From Bdellovibrionales bacterium (GTDB lineage: Bacteria > Bdellovibrionota > Bdellovibrionia > Bdellovibrionales > JAUICD01), in assembly GCA_965203275.1 (NCBI GenBank), contig OZ241865.1, forward strand, positions 1,344,001-1,408,000: 64,000 nt of DNA, read 5' to 3'. The first letter of the stretch is position 1; every line of letters starts with the position of its first letter. The translations under genes and the position numbers were made by a program. Below the pieces are notes generated by a model. It was not told the origin of the DNA, made no database searches, and worked only from the letters and a program-made list of their open reading frames with translations. Shown piece by piece: positions 29,986-40,587 of this stretch.

Positions 29986-30851
29986 GGGTGTTTGCTCCTT
30001 TTTATATTTTCTTGTTGAATAGCAAGATTCAAAGTGTTTTGTAAAAGCATAGTCACTGTCATAGGACCAACGCCCCCCGGCACAGGAGTTGCTGCAAAAA
30101 CATGTCCATCTAACTCATCAAACCTTACATCACCACATAAACTGCCGTCCTTCCTGCGATGTATGCCTACATCAATCACTACAGCATCTTTTTTAAAATC
30201 TTTCTGTCCTAACATTTCGGCCTGTCCCGTAGCCACAACTACTAGATCAGCTTGTTGAGTAAAAGAAGAAATATTTACAGTTTTTGAATGGCACAAGGTC
30301 ACAGTAGCATTCGCTTTTGTGAGCATTTCAAATATAGGTTTTCCTACAATTTGACTTCGTCCAATCACAACAGCTTTTTGACCTGCCACTTTAATATTAT
30401 AATGCTTTAAAATAGCCATAATCCCTTGAGGTGTACAGGGTTCTATTCTTGCCTGTCCCGCAAACAGTCGTCCGATAGAATCAAAAGTTAGTCCATCTAC
30501 ATCTTTTAAAGGTGAAATCTTTTGCAATATCTTCAAACGATCAAACGATTTGGGCAAGGGTAGTTGCACCAATATACCATGAACAGAAGGATCATTATTT
30601 AACCAGTCTAACAGTGTCTCGAGCTTTTCTGATGTTTCATTTTGATCCACATTATATCTATGAAATATAATACCTGCTTTTTTACAAGCTACTTGCTTTT
30701 TGTTCACATAAATATGACTGGCTGGGTTTTTACCCACTAAAACAACAGCTAAGCTAGGAGAACAACCAAATTTTTGAGCAAATTGATCTACCTTCAAACT
30801 TATACGTTTTTTATAAATTTGAGCTACCTCTTGGCCATTTAATATTTGCAT
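29982..30851 (-). CDS. folD: Methylenetetrahydrofolate dehydrogenase/cyclohydrolase
   Basis: HGILVQLPLP, KDVDG, PCTP.G, GRS.IVGKP, TPVPGGVGPMT. Confidence 0.97.
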   Translation of the reverse strand: MQILNGQEVAQIYKKRISLKVDQFAQKFGCSPSLAVVLVGKNPASHIYVNKKQVACKKAGIIFHRYNVDQNETSEKLETLLDWLNNDPSVHGILVQLPLPKSFDRLKILQKISPLKDVDGLTFDSIGRLFAGQARIEPCTPQGIMAILKHYNIKVAGQKAVVIGRSQIVGKPIFEMLTKANATVTLCHSKTVNISSFTQQADLVVVATGQAEMLGQKDFKKDAVVIDVGIHRRKDGSLCGDVRFDELDGHVFAATPVPGGVGPMTVTMLLQNTLNLAIQQENIKRSKHP

Positions 30852-31321
30852 CAACACCTCTTTTGTTTTGATCACTCACATCGTCAATCACTCAACCATC
30901 TTAAGTCTGTGAATTTTAAACCTATAACATAATTTCAATTTGAAATCAAACCCTACCTTCAAGCTATTAAAGTCATAAACAAAACAACCTTTTCTCAAAA
31001 TATCATAATAAATAAACACTTAGGATACCTTTAATATAAAATCTTGTCAATAAAACCAAAAGAAATCATTTGTATACATCTGTGAGGGTTATAATCCCTT
31101 ACCAAAAAATTCTTTATGAATCCACTCAATTATGTTTAAGAAACCTGCCATCACCGATAGACAAAAGACCTATCAAAGGTCAAGTTAGGCAAAAGGATTT
31201 AAGAAGAAATAGATAATATTTGACTTTTGTAATGACAGCCTTTAAAGTTTTTCTTTAGAAGTTAGCCATTTATTTAAGCTTTTAAAAACCATTCAAACTA
31301 TTCTAAAAGGAGATATAATTT

Positions 31322-31528
31322 ATGGGAATTATTCAGTATTCTAAAGATAAGGGCATCATTATAAATACAAAAGATGTTCCTTTGCCTAAAAACATTAAAC
31401 AATTTCGACAGACTCCAGAACTTAAAAGCCTCTATAAGTTCATCCATGAAAACGACCTTAGACGAGAAGCCTTTCTTGTGATTCACAATATCTTTAAAAT
31501 TAGAAAGAACACATTAAAAGCAAAGTAA
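31322..31528 (+). CDS. Hypothetical small protein
   Basis: AAGGAG RBS, 68-aa ORF. Confidence 0.55.
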   Translation: MGIIQYSKDKGIIINTKDVPLPKNIKQFRQTPELKSLYKFIHENDLRREAFLVIHNIFKIRKNTLKAK

Positions 31529-31829
31529 ATCTTAGCTTTCTTTGATCCTAAGATTTCCCCAAAAAATTATGTATTTGACCAAAAATTAAAGAAAGCAAAA
31601 TATTTTACTTATTGAAAAAGAAACTAGGGAATGCAAAAAGAATATAAAGAAAGCTAAAAAAGATTATGAAAATAGTAAAAAATTTAATATACTGGAGATG
31701 ACAAATGATAAACAAGGTATTTTTGTAATCAAAGTATAACCAAAAAACTTTGAATGGAAGAAGCACATATATTTGAAAAACACTAAAAAAGAAAATAACT
31801 ATATTACTATATTAATAGAGAGAACACGC

Positions 31830-33107
31830 ATGCACAATAAAATTTATATACTTTTATTTATAAGCTTTTTGGCAATCAGTATAGGATGTGAAAAATCAAA
31901 CTCACCTGATGCGACCTCACAAAGTCAGGAACACTATACCTGCCCTATGCATCTTGATGTCAAACAGGAAGGGCCTGGACAATGTCCTATTTGCAATATG
32001 AATCTTATCAAAGCAGAAGGTACAAATGAGTCCCCTCAGTCATCCCCAGAAAAAGTAATTAAGACAAACAAACAACACGATCATTTAGACAAAACTGTAC
32101 GACAAGCTGAAGCTGGAGAAATCATTACAAAAGTAAAACTTAAAAAATCACAATTGACTCATTTTGAACCGGCGTTTTTTCCTGTCACAAAAATAAAAAT
32201 GCAAAAAACCATTCGTTTGTTGGGATCTGTTCTTTCTTCTGAGAACAGACAAAGCCACATAGCTGCTAGAGTAGATGGGCGTATTGAAAAGGTTTATGTT
32301 CAATCAACAGGAAGTTTTATACAAATAGGAGATCCTGTTGTTGACCTTTATAGTCCCCAGCTGATCACAGCAGGTCAAGAATATCTCCTTGCCAAAAAAA
32401 GCCACCAAGCTTCACCCTCTGAAGATTCTAACAGTCTTCAAAATCAAAGTGAACAAAGGCTTAAAACCTGGGGTATTAAAAAATTTCAATATGAATCTTG
32501 GTTTAAAAAAAATAAAATCCCACAGAAAATCACTATTTACTCACCTGCCAGAGGAACAGTTCAACAAAAAAATGCAACGGTGGGTAAATACTTTAAAGAA
32601 GGCGAACATTTTTTTGAACTATCAGATCTTAAAGATATATGGGTTGAAATGGATGTATACGAACATAATGCAAGCCTTGTACAGCTCAATCAAACAGTGC
32701 AAATGCAATTCACAGCTCTTCCTGGAGATATCCTTTCAGGAAAAATCGATTTTATTGATCCTATCCTTAACAAAAATTCCAGAACACTTAAAATTAGAAC
32801 AACTATTTCTAATAAAGATGGAAAGCTTAAGCCTGGTATGGTTGCTAATGCCACACTCAACGTTCAATTAGAAGAACTCTCACTTGTTATTCCACGTACA
32901 GCTGTCATTGACACAGGGAAAAGAAAAGTCGTATGGACTCAAGAGAATACAAATACCTTTCAATCTAAAATCATTCACACAGGACATGAGTCTGAAGGAT
33001 ATATTGAAGTCAAAGCAGGGCTTGTTGAAGGTGAAAAAGTTGTTATGGAAGGTAATTTTCTTTTAGATGCTCAAGCACAGCTTTTTGGTGGTTACGAAAA
33101 TATTTAA
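31830..33107 (+). CDS. CusB-like RND periplasmic adaptor with heavy-metal-binding domain
   Basis: YTCPMH...PG.CPICNM.L, G.IEK.Y, LYSP.L...Q.EY, LKPGM. Confidence 0.9.
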   Translation: MHNKIYILLFISFLAISIGCEKSNSPDATSQSQEHYTCPMHLDVKQEGPGQCPICNMNLIKAEGTNESPQSSPEKVIKTNKQHDHLDKTVRQAEAGEIITKVKLKKSQLTHFEPAFFPVTKIKMQKTIRLLGSVLSSENRQSHIAARVDGRIEKVYVQSTGSFIQIGDPVVDLYSPQLITAGQEYLLAKKSHQASPSEDSNSLQNQSEQRLKTWGIKKFQYESWFKKNKIPQKITIYSPARGTVQQKNATVGKYFKEGEHFFELSDLKDIWVEMDVYEHNASLVQLNQTVQMQFTALPGDILSGKIDFIDPILNKNSRTLKIRTTISNKDGKLKPGMVANATLNVQLEELSLVIPRTAVIDTGKRKVVWTQENTNTFQSKIIHTGHESEGYIEVKAGLVEGEKVVMEGNFLLDAQAQLFGGYENI

Positions 33108-33127
33108 ACACCAACACAGAGAATCAA

Positions 33128-36100
33128 ATGTTCAAACTGATCAATCTGTCTATTCAATATCGCAAATGCACAGTTGCCCTTTTTATGTTGATTGCACTGA
33201 CCTCTATTATAGCTATACAAAACTCCAACATAGATATCATACCTGATCTTGGTGAAAACCAACAAATTGTTTTCACTGAATGGCCTGGGCGATCGCCTCA
33301 AGATATAGAAGCTCAAATCACTTATCCTCTCAGCACTCTTCTTCAAGGTATTCCTGGGGTTAAAACTGTGAGAGCCACCTCAGCATTTGGTTTTTCTACA
33401 ATTTATGTGATCTTTGAAAGCCACACAGATTTTTATTGGAGCCGATCGCGTATTATAGAAAAGCTTATTCACACACAATCACAACTTCCATCAGGAGTTC
33501 AACCTCAGTTAGGTCCTGACGCCACAGGGCTTGGTCAGATCTTTTGGTATTCTCTTGAATATTCTCAAAAGCAAGAAGATCAAACTTCACAACCTCAGTC
33601 ATTGGCACACCTTCGCACATTACAAGATTTTTATGTTAAATATCATCTTCAAAGTGTGGAGGGGGTGAGCGAAGTAGCAAGTGTTGGAGGGTTTGTCAAA
33701 GAGTATCAAATTGATGTAGACCCGCAAAAACTTTTTGCCTTTGATGTGCATTTTAGTACTCTTATTCAAGCCATTCAAAACAGCAATATTGATGTGGGAG
33801 CTAAAATTATTGAGGATGGAGATCGAGAATTTATTATAAGAGGTAAAGGCTTTTTTAGATCTTTAGCAGACATAGAAAATACAGTCATTGCTATTAAAAA
33901 TAAAACACCTATTTTTATTAAAGATGTAGCTCATGTTAATACGGGTCCTGCTTTTAGGCGAGGTGTCTTAGATAAAAATGGTTTTGAAGTTGTGGGTGGC
34001 GTTGTCACTATGAGGTATGGAGAAAATCCTCAAAAAGTCATTCAAAATATCAAAGAAAAACTCCAAGAAATCAAACAGGGACTTCCGCAACATGTACACA
34101 TTATACCTTTTTATGATCGCACAGAACCTATTAACAATACTATGACCACTGTTTACACAGCACTTACACAACAAGTGCTTCTTGCTACTTTGATTGTTTT
34201 TTTATTTTTATTGCATATTCCGTCAGCTTTTCTTGTCTCACTGACATTACCTCTAGCTATAGCTATAAGCTTTATATTGATGAAATGCATTGGCATTGAA
34301 TCTCATATTATGAGTCTTTCCGGTATGATCATTGCTATTGGTACAATTGTAGATATGGGCATCATCATGACAGAAAATATTTATCAAAAACTTTCACTGC
34401 ATAGGCCAGAAAATAAAAAACAACAGATTCAAATCATCACATCAGCAGCAAAAGAAATTAGCCCTGCTATTATGACCTCTATCACAACAACTATTATAAC
34501 TTTTTTACCTGTATTAGCCTTACAAGATATAGAAGGCAAATTATTTTGGCCATTAGCTTGGGCTAAAACTTTTACACTTTTAGGTTCGCTCATTGTAGCT
34601 GTCTTGCTTATTCCTGCACTTTCTGTTTTCTTTTTTCAAAATATAAAAACTCAAAACAAAGATTCTGCTTCTCACTCCCAAAACCCTCTTGCAAAAGGTC
34701 AAGCCCATAGCAATAAAGCATTGTGGCATAAATTCATTTTTGAAAAACATTTTTCAAATGAGGTCATTGAAAATATACATGCTTGGATTCATCAGACCTA
34801 TAAGCAAGCTCTTACTTGGGTCCTTGACCACAGAAAATTATTTTTAATAGCTCCCGCAGTGTTGTTGATTTTAGGTATTATAGCGTGGACACAATTAGAT
34901 GAAGAATTTATGCCTGAGGTAAATGAGGGAGACATTCTTTACATGCCTGTTACGACACCTGACATTAGTATTAGTAAGGCCAGGGAGCTTTTATCTTATA
35001 CGGATAAAATCATTAAGGAGCATCCTCTCGTGGAGTTTGCTGTGGGGAAACTTGGCAGAGCAAATTCTGCTTTAGATCCTGCACCTATAGCTATGATGGA
35101 AACTATTATTAAGTTAATCCCTCAAAGTCAATGGTCTCAAAAAGGGTTTAGAGGTCAGAATATTTATGATGTCATGGAAGACTTAGATCAGGCTTTGCAA
35201 ATTCCAGGATTGGTTAATTCTTGGGGGTTTCCTATGCAAACACGTATAGGTATGATCTCGACTGGTATTAAGACACAGGTTGGTATTAAAATTTTTGGTG
35301 ATGATATTTCTGTTTTAGAAAAATTATCATCTCAAGTAGCTCAAGAGATTAAAAAAATAAAAGGAGCTTATGGAGTTTATCAAGAGCAGATCACAAGCAA
35401 ACCTTATATTGAATTTAATATAGATCGAGTGGCAGCAGCTCAGTATGGTATTAATATAGGAACGATACAGACTATTTTGCAAACAGCTGTAGGTGGCATG
35501 CCTATAGGGCAGTTTTACGAAGGCCGGCAGAGGTATGCTATCCGTGTTCGATATAAAAAAGAGTTAAGAGATCGCATCGATCAGCTCAAAACAGTGCTTG
35601 TACCAAGTCCTGTGATCAGTAACGGCGTCAATCAACATATTCCTCTGAATCAGCTTGCAGACATTCGAGTGGTCACAGGACCGGCTCAGTTATCTTCTGA
35701 AAATGGAATCTTACGTTCACTTGTTCTTTTTAATGTAAGGGATAATGATTTAGTTAGCTTTGTTGAAAAGGCGAAAGCTCTTATTGAAGAAAAAATCCAT
35801 CTACCTACAGGCTATTCTTTGAGTTGGGCGGGGCAGTATGAAAATCACACAAGGGCTAATAATTATCTTAAGATTCTTTTGCCACTTGTTTTGATAGTTA
35901 ATTTGATTATTTTATTTTTAAGTACAAGGAGCTTTTCTTATTCTTTGATCATTTTTAGTGCAGTGCCTATTGCTATGACAGGGGGATTGATTTTGCTTTG
36001 GCTTACTGGTTTTCATCTTTCTGTAGCTGTGTGGATTGGTTTTATTGCTTTATTTGGTATTGCTGTGGATGATGGTATTTTGATGATCACTTACTTAAAG

Positions 36101-36385
36101 CAGGCTATGGATGCTCATCCTGTAAAGAACTTACAAGATTTAAAATCAATAATTATTCAAGCTGGTACACGTCGCATTCGGCCTTTGTTGATGACAACGA
36201 TGACAACTATTTTTGCACTTTTACCTGTGATATGGTCAACCTCAACTGGCAGTGAAGTGATGAAGCCTATGGCTATTCCTACACTTGGTGGTATGTTGGT
36301 GGAGGTGATTACTCTTTTTATTGTTCCTGTGCTTTTTTCTTTTACATATCAATTTCACTTTAAAGAAAACTCTAATATTCACTAA
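33128..36385 (+). CDS. cusA: CusA/CzcA family heavy-metal RND efflux permease
   Basis: PDLGENQ.IVFT.WPGRSPQ, GPDATGLGQ, IAIG..VD, FIALFGIAVDDG, R.RP..MT. Confidence 0.9.
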   Translation: MFKLINLSIQYRKCTVALFMLIALTSIIAIQNSNIDIIPDLGENQQIVFTEWPGRSPQDIEAQITYPLSTLLQGIPGVKTVRATSAFGFSTIYVIFESHTDFYWSRSRIIEKLIHTQSQLPSGVQPQLGPDATGLGQIFWYSLEYSQKQEDQTSQPQSLAHLRTLQDFYVKYHLQSVEGVSEVASVGGFVKEYQIDVDPQKLFAFDVHFSTLIQAIQNSNIDVGAKIIEDGDREFIIRGKGFFRSLADIENTVIAIKNKTPIFIKDVAHVNTGPAFRRGVLDKNGFEVVGGVVTMRYGENPQKVIQNIKEKLQEIKQGLPQHVHIIPFYDRTEPINNTMTTVYTALTQQVLLATLIVFLFLLHIPSAFLVSLTLPLAIAISFILMKCIGIESHIMSLSGMIIAIGTIVDMGIIMTENIYQKLSLHRPENKKQQIQIITSAAKEISPAIMTSITTTIITFLPVLALQDIEGKLFWPLAWAKTFTLLGSLIVAVLLIPALSVFFFQNIKTQNKDSASHSQNPLAKGQAHSNKALWHKFIFEKHFSNEVIENIHAWIHQTYKQALTWVLDHRKLFLIAPAVLLILGIIAWTQLDEEFMPEVNEGDILYMPVTTPDISISKARELLSYTDKIIKEHPLVEFAVGKLGRANSALDPAPIAMMETIIKLIPQSQWSQKGFRGQNIYDVMEDLDQALQIPGLVNSWGFPMQTRIGMISTGIKTQVGIKIFGDDISVLEKLSSQVAQEIKKIKGAYGVYQEQITSKPYIEFNIDRVAAAQYGINIGTIQTILQTAVGGMPIGQFYEGRQRYAIRVRYKKELRDRIDQLKTVLVPSPVISNGVNQHIPLNQLADIRVVTGPAQLSSENGILRSLVLFNVRDNDLVSFVEKAKALIEEKIHLPTGYSLSWAGQYENHTRANNYLKILLPLVLIVNLIILFLSTRSFSYSLIIFSAVPIAMTGGLILLWLTGFHLSVAVWIGFIALFGIAVDDGILMITYLKQAMDAHPVKNLQDLKSIIIQAGTRRIRPLLMTTMTTIFALLPVIWSTSTGSEVMKPMAIPTLGGMLVEVITLFIVPVLFSFTYQFHFKENSNIH

Positions 36386-36418
36386 AAGTGGTCTGACCTC
36401 TGGTCACTTTTAGTGAAA
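36378..36418 (+). repeat. Collapsed module A (P1-P2 only); supplies the cusA stop codon
   Basis: TTCACTAAAAGTGGTCTGACCTCTGGTCACTTTTAGTGAAA. Confidence 0.8.
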
Positions 36419-36423
36419 CAAAC

Positions 36424-36815
36424 TCCCTAACCCCACCCACCGCCCTTCGATTCTGCTTTTCTATTTGTATGTTTTTTTATGAGTGGAATGCGATTGCAGG
36501 CTTCCGAAGTCCTCAATTGAGCTTGCTCCTTAAAAGCAAGCTCAATTTGCGGAAGATCTTCAGCCTGCCCCCGCTTCCCACTCATAATATTCTTCATTTT
36601 TTTGAGAGTTACGCAGAATCTAAAAAGAATAAAAAAATAAAAAAACGAAAATCTTTTTCCTTAACATGGTGTCAAGAGACGAGAGGATCCTCCCTACTAA
36701 AAGTAAACTGACCTCTGGTCACTTTGGGTAGCCAGCCCGACGGCTACCGCCGTCGATCAAAGGCTGGCTACCTCAGTCCGTTTACTTTTCGTTTTTTAAT
36801 ACGATGTTAAGGAAA
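36424..36815 (-). repeat. Composite element B + tail + A (A body flipped) with a second tail
   Basis: TCCCTAACCCCACCCACCGCCC...GATTCTGC..GCAGAATC module B, then reversed tail TTTCCTTAACATGG...GGATCCTCCCTAC, then A body and TGTTAAGGAAA. Confidence 0.88.
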
Positions 36816-36839
36816 CAAGATATTTATATTTATTTCACT

Positions 36840-36962
36840 CCCGGGATCCGGGATCAGGCAATCTGGCATCCCGGGATCTGATGCCGGGCTACCGGATGCC
36901 AGATCCCGGATCCCGGATCCCAGATCCCGGATCCCGGATCCCAGATCCCGGATCCCGGGATC
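36840..36962. repeat. Heptamer (GATCCCG/GATCCGG) arrays in opposite polarity
   Basis: CCGGGATCCGGGATC..ATCTGGCATCC ... GGATGCCAGATCCCGGATCCCGGATCCC. Confidence 0.9.
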
Positions 36963-37087
36963 AGTATCTGTCTAATAAAATAACTATTGTCTAATTCATT
37001 ATCACTCTGCATGTCTCATTATGTTACAAAAGATGATTTTCATACTTTAAATACTTAATAAATACACAGATGGACTGCTGTAAGATT

Positions 37088-37103
37088 TGGCATAGTTTTT
37101 GAT
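37088..37103 (+). promoter_or_regulatory. Possible sigma54-type promoter
   Basis: TGGCAT-N5-TTGAT (non-consensus -12) 60 nt upstream of ATG 37164. Confidence 0.3.
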
Positions 37104-37163
37104 GTATTTTAATTAAGGCATAAAAAATATACGCATTTTTCATTTAAGAAAGGGGTTTTAATA

Positions 37164-40153
37164 ATGAAGTTTATTCAACAGCTCAACGATCTAACTATCT
37201 GTAGATTGTTTACATGCTCTATCTGTTTATTTGTGATCGGTTGTTCCTTTATTGCTTGCGGAGAAGCTCCTATGCAAGAACATGGAGCTTTAGACCCTGA
37301 AGCCCAAAGGCGACTTGCTAACCCAGAAGAAAATCGGGAAATATTACGCAGAGAACTTGAAGAAATACAAAAGAGAATGCAAGAGGCTGCTCAGGAGGCT
37401 CAGGAAGCTCAAGAGGCTGAAAGCCAAGACTCGTCTACCCCCCCCCCCCCCCCCCCCCCTCCAAATCTTTAACCTCACAAGCTATTGAAACTATTGAGTT
37501 ATCTAGTAGTCAACCTGAAAAAAGTGGATGGTTTTCGTCATCTTGGAACTATCTTGTAGATAAAGGGTTTAGTGCAACACAAGCTGTAAAAGACTACGTC
37601 AATGACTTCACTACTGACGATGCAGAGAACAACACAATGAACCCTCGAGAATATCAAGAGTTATGGGAGAAGATAAAAAAGTGGGAATCAAGAACTTTTA
37701 AAGATCGAGAACTCATGAGAAAAAACAAAAGTATATACAACAAATTCATGAGTTTGCCTCCAGGTAACAAAGTGTTGATTGAAGATACAATATACGATTT
37801 AGATGAAATGCCAGATGATCTACGCACGGCTATACAAAAAATAGAATCTGAAGATGATACCTTAAAAGAAGAAATTGCTCAAGCGTTATATCCTTTCCTT
37901 TGGATTCAGTCTGTGGATGTAACTAATGTCAACAATGATTCAATATTACGTCCCATGCCATTACCTTTCACCCTATATCGGAGTATGCATGATGACAATT
38001 ATACTCCACAAGAAATTATAAATGCCATACAAGCCTTGATCACACTGGGAGCTGATGTAAACAAAAAAGAAAGGAATCGAATTAAGATGAAGCCTTTACA
38101 TTATGTAATAGATAATATGAGGGATGAGAGGTTAGCATTAGAAATAGCTAAAATATTGATTGATGCTGGAGCTGATGTTAATTATAGCGATAGACAGGAG
38201 TGGACAGCTCTGCACTGTGCTAGCCGGAGAGGATTTTTAGAAATAGTTAAGCTATTACTAGATCATGGAGCTGATATAGATACACAAGGAAGGGAGTGTA
38301 ATATCCTATGTCGCACAATAAGGATAGCAAGAGACCCAGACAAGAGAAAACCACAACATCAAGAGATTATAGAGTTATTGACTGCTGTTGAACAAGAACA
38401 AGAAAAAAAAGATGAAGGAAAAATTTTTCTTCGTCCCATGCTCACTCCAACCGAACAAGAAGAACAAGAACAAGAAGAAAGATGGAAGGCAAAAAAATGG
38501 AGAAGAGAGTATAACATTGATCAACGTGTCCAACGCTGGACTTCTATGACTCCTGAACAAAGAGCAACAAGTAAATTAACAGATTTTTCTCTTAGCTTTA
38601 CCACATCTCGTCGATGTAGAAGAGAATTCCCTGCAAGCAGACAATGCCTTAAAGTAGAGTTTTTGAGAGATGGTTATAAACAAACTTTTATTTATCCTTC
38701 ACCTATATTAACTGAAGATGAAAGAACTGCACTTCAAACAGTTGAACAAGAGCAAGAGGAATATAATGCACAAAAGGAAAGAGAAGCAGTAGAAAGAAGG
38801 GAACGAGAAGCAAGAGAAAGAATGGAACGAGAAGCGAGAGAAAGAAGGGAACGGGAAGCAAGAGAAAGAAGGGAACGAGAAGCAGCAGAAAGAAGGGAAC
38901 GAGAAGCAAGAGAGCGGAGGGCAAGAGCAGAGCAACCAAATCAAGGGCAACGAACAAGCACCCAGTCTGATCCAAGAAGTCAATGGGCTGCTGATAGAGT
39001 CCGTTTAACTCAAGTCAGAGCAGCTTTAGAAGCTCCTCATGTCAATGCTTATGCTATCACACATGTTAAGCTTTTCCCTATTGCTAAACCACGCTTAGAC
39101 CCCTACCCATTTACAAGAGACGAAGATATGGCACATCTGTCTTTGAAAAACAGAAATGACGGATTTACCTTAGAAGTATTTAACCCTGAGCAACCAGAGC
39201 AGAGCAAAGTTGTTCTAGCTCAAAAAGTACATGATATTGAAATGAGCATTAGGTGTCATAATCAACTCAATTGTAATGAAAATATTCTTCGTTATAGATC
39301 TAATGTTGATCAAGATAGCCAGTGGCAAACGTATCCTCTTTCTAACTTGATAGGATATGAGAATGGCAACAATGTTTATCAGATGAGAATAATCTCAGAT
39401 AAAGAGCATGGAGATACTCAAGTGAGATGGGGTACAGGTCGCCGTCGAGTGAATAGATATTATAGAGGTCACTTTCGTATAGCTATTACTAAGAGAAAAA
39501 GCAATGACATGATGGAATGGAGCTTGATCAATGATGTTCCCGTAGAACAATATCTTCGTTCAGTTGTTCCGGGTGAGATGCCATTGACAGATGATCAAAG
39601 TGCTTCAAGGACTGCCTTTGCTGCTTTAAAGGCTCAAGTGATAGCAGCCAGGTCATATCTTTTCAGTAAGATCAAAGAGAATAGACATGTCAAAGCAATG
39701 GGATGGGATGTGGATCCTACAACATGGTTTCAATCTTATCCAGGTTCTAGAGAAGTAAGAAGTGGCAGAGTAAGAAACAGAGAATTTTTAAGAAGCGATG
39801 AAGCAGTGGAAGCCACAGTGGGTGTGATCCTCACATATCGAGGACAGTTAGCTATGACAGAATATCATGCTTGCCGAAGAGATAGCACAAGAACAAGTAA
39901 CAGTCTACCTATATTTAGAGCAAAGAAGATTCCAAGTGGAGAGAGATGTGGTCGTTACAGAGGTGAAGGAGGTCATGGTCGTGGTTTATCTCAGAGAGGT
40001 GCTATGTGGCTAGCCCGTGTAGGATGGGACGATGAAGAATCACCTACAGAAAATGCCGCCAAGCCTGAAGATGTTACAGAGCCATGGAGTCATGTTGATA
40101 TTCTTCGCTACTTTTATCACGGAGTCAATGTCCAAAATCACCACGAGCTTTGA
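37164..40153 (+). CDS. Lipoprotein with ankyrin repeats, coiled coil and SpoIID/LytB lytic transglycosylase domain; frameshifted at C22 tract 37438-37459
   Basis: Lipobox FIAC in ORF 37164; the frame of ORF 37637 is open back to the poly-C; ankyrin motifs (LI..GADVN, TALHCA..G..EIVKLLLDHGAD); SpoIID motifs (IN.VP.EQYL.SVVP.EMP, ALKAQ.IAARSY, GHGRGLSQ.GA, IL.YFY.G). Confidence 0.82.
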
Positions 40154-40530
40154 TTCACTCAAAATAAATCATGCCTCTGGCATGTTTTCTGGCAGTTAGC
40201 CCGACGGCTACCGCCGTCGATCAAAGGCTAACTGCCTAGAAAATTCATTTATTTTGAGTAGGGAGGATCTCTTCGTCTCTTAACTACATGTTAAGGAAAA
40301 AGAGTTTCGTTTTTTTATTTTTTTTATTCTCTTTTAGATTCTGCGTAACCTCAAATAAAAAGTAATTTAGAGGGAGGATGGGGCAGTGTGGGCCTGGAGA
40401 TCTTCCGCAAATTGAGCTTGCTCTTTAAAAGCAAGCTCAATTGAGGACTTCGGAAGGCTCACACTGCCCCATCCTCAAGTAAAAACAAAATGGAAAGGCA
40501 GAATCGAAGGGCGGGGGGTGGGGTTAGGGA
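40154..40530 (+). repeat. Full composite element A + tail + B
   Basis: Starts immediately after the TGA of the upstream gene; all four A helices paired; B ends GGGCGGGGGGTGGGGTTAGGGA. Confidence 0.92.
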
Positions 40531-40587
40531 GTTCCTTTAGATCCCGGATCCAGGGACTAGCTTGTTAGAAAATAAAAAAATATTCTT

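Noticed and set aside
36469..36711. ORFs inside repeats (also 47833-48033, 61353-61667, 61411-61683)
   Set aside because: Translations of module B, tails and heptamer arrays; frames and starts are not conserved between copies.
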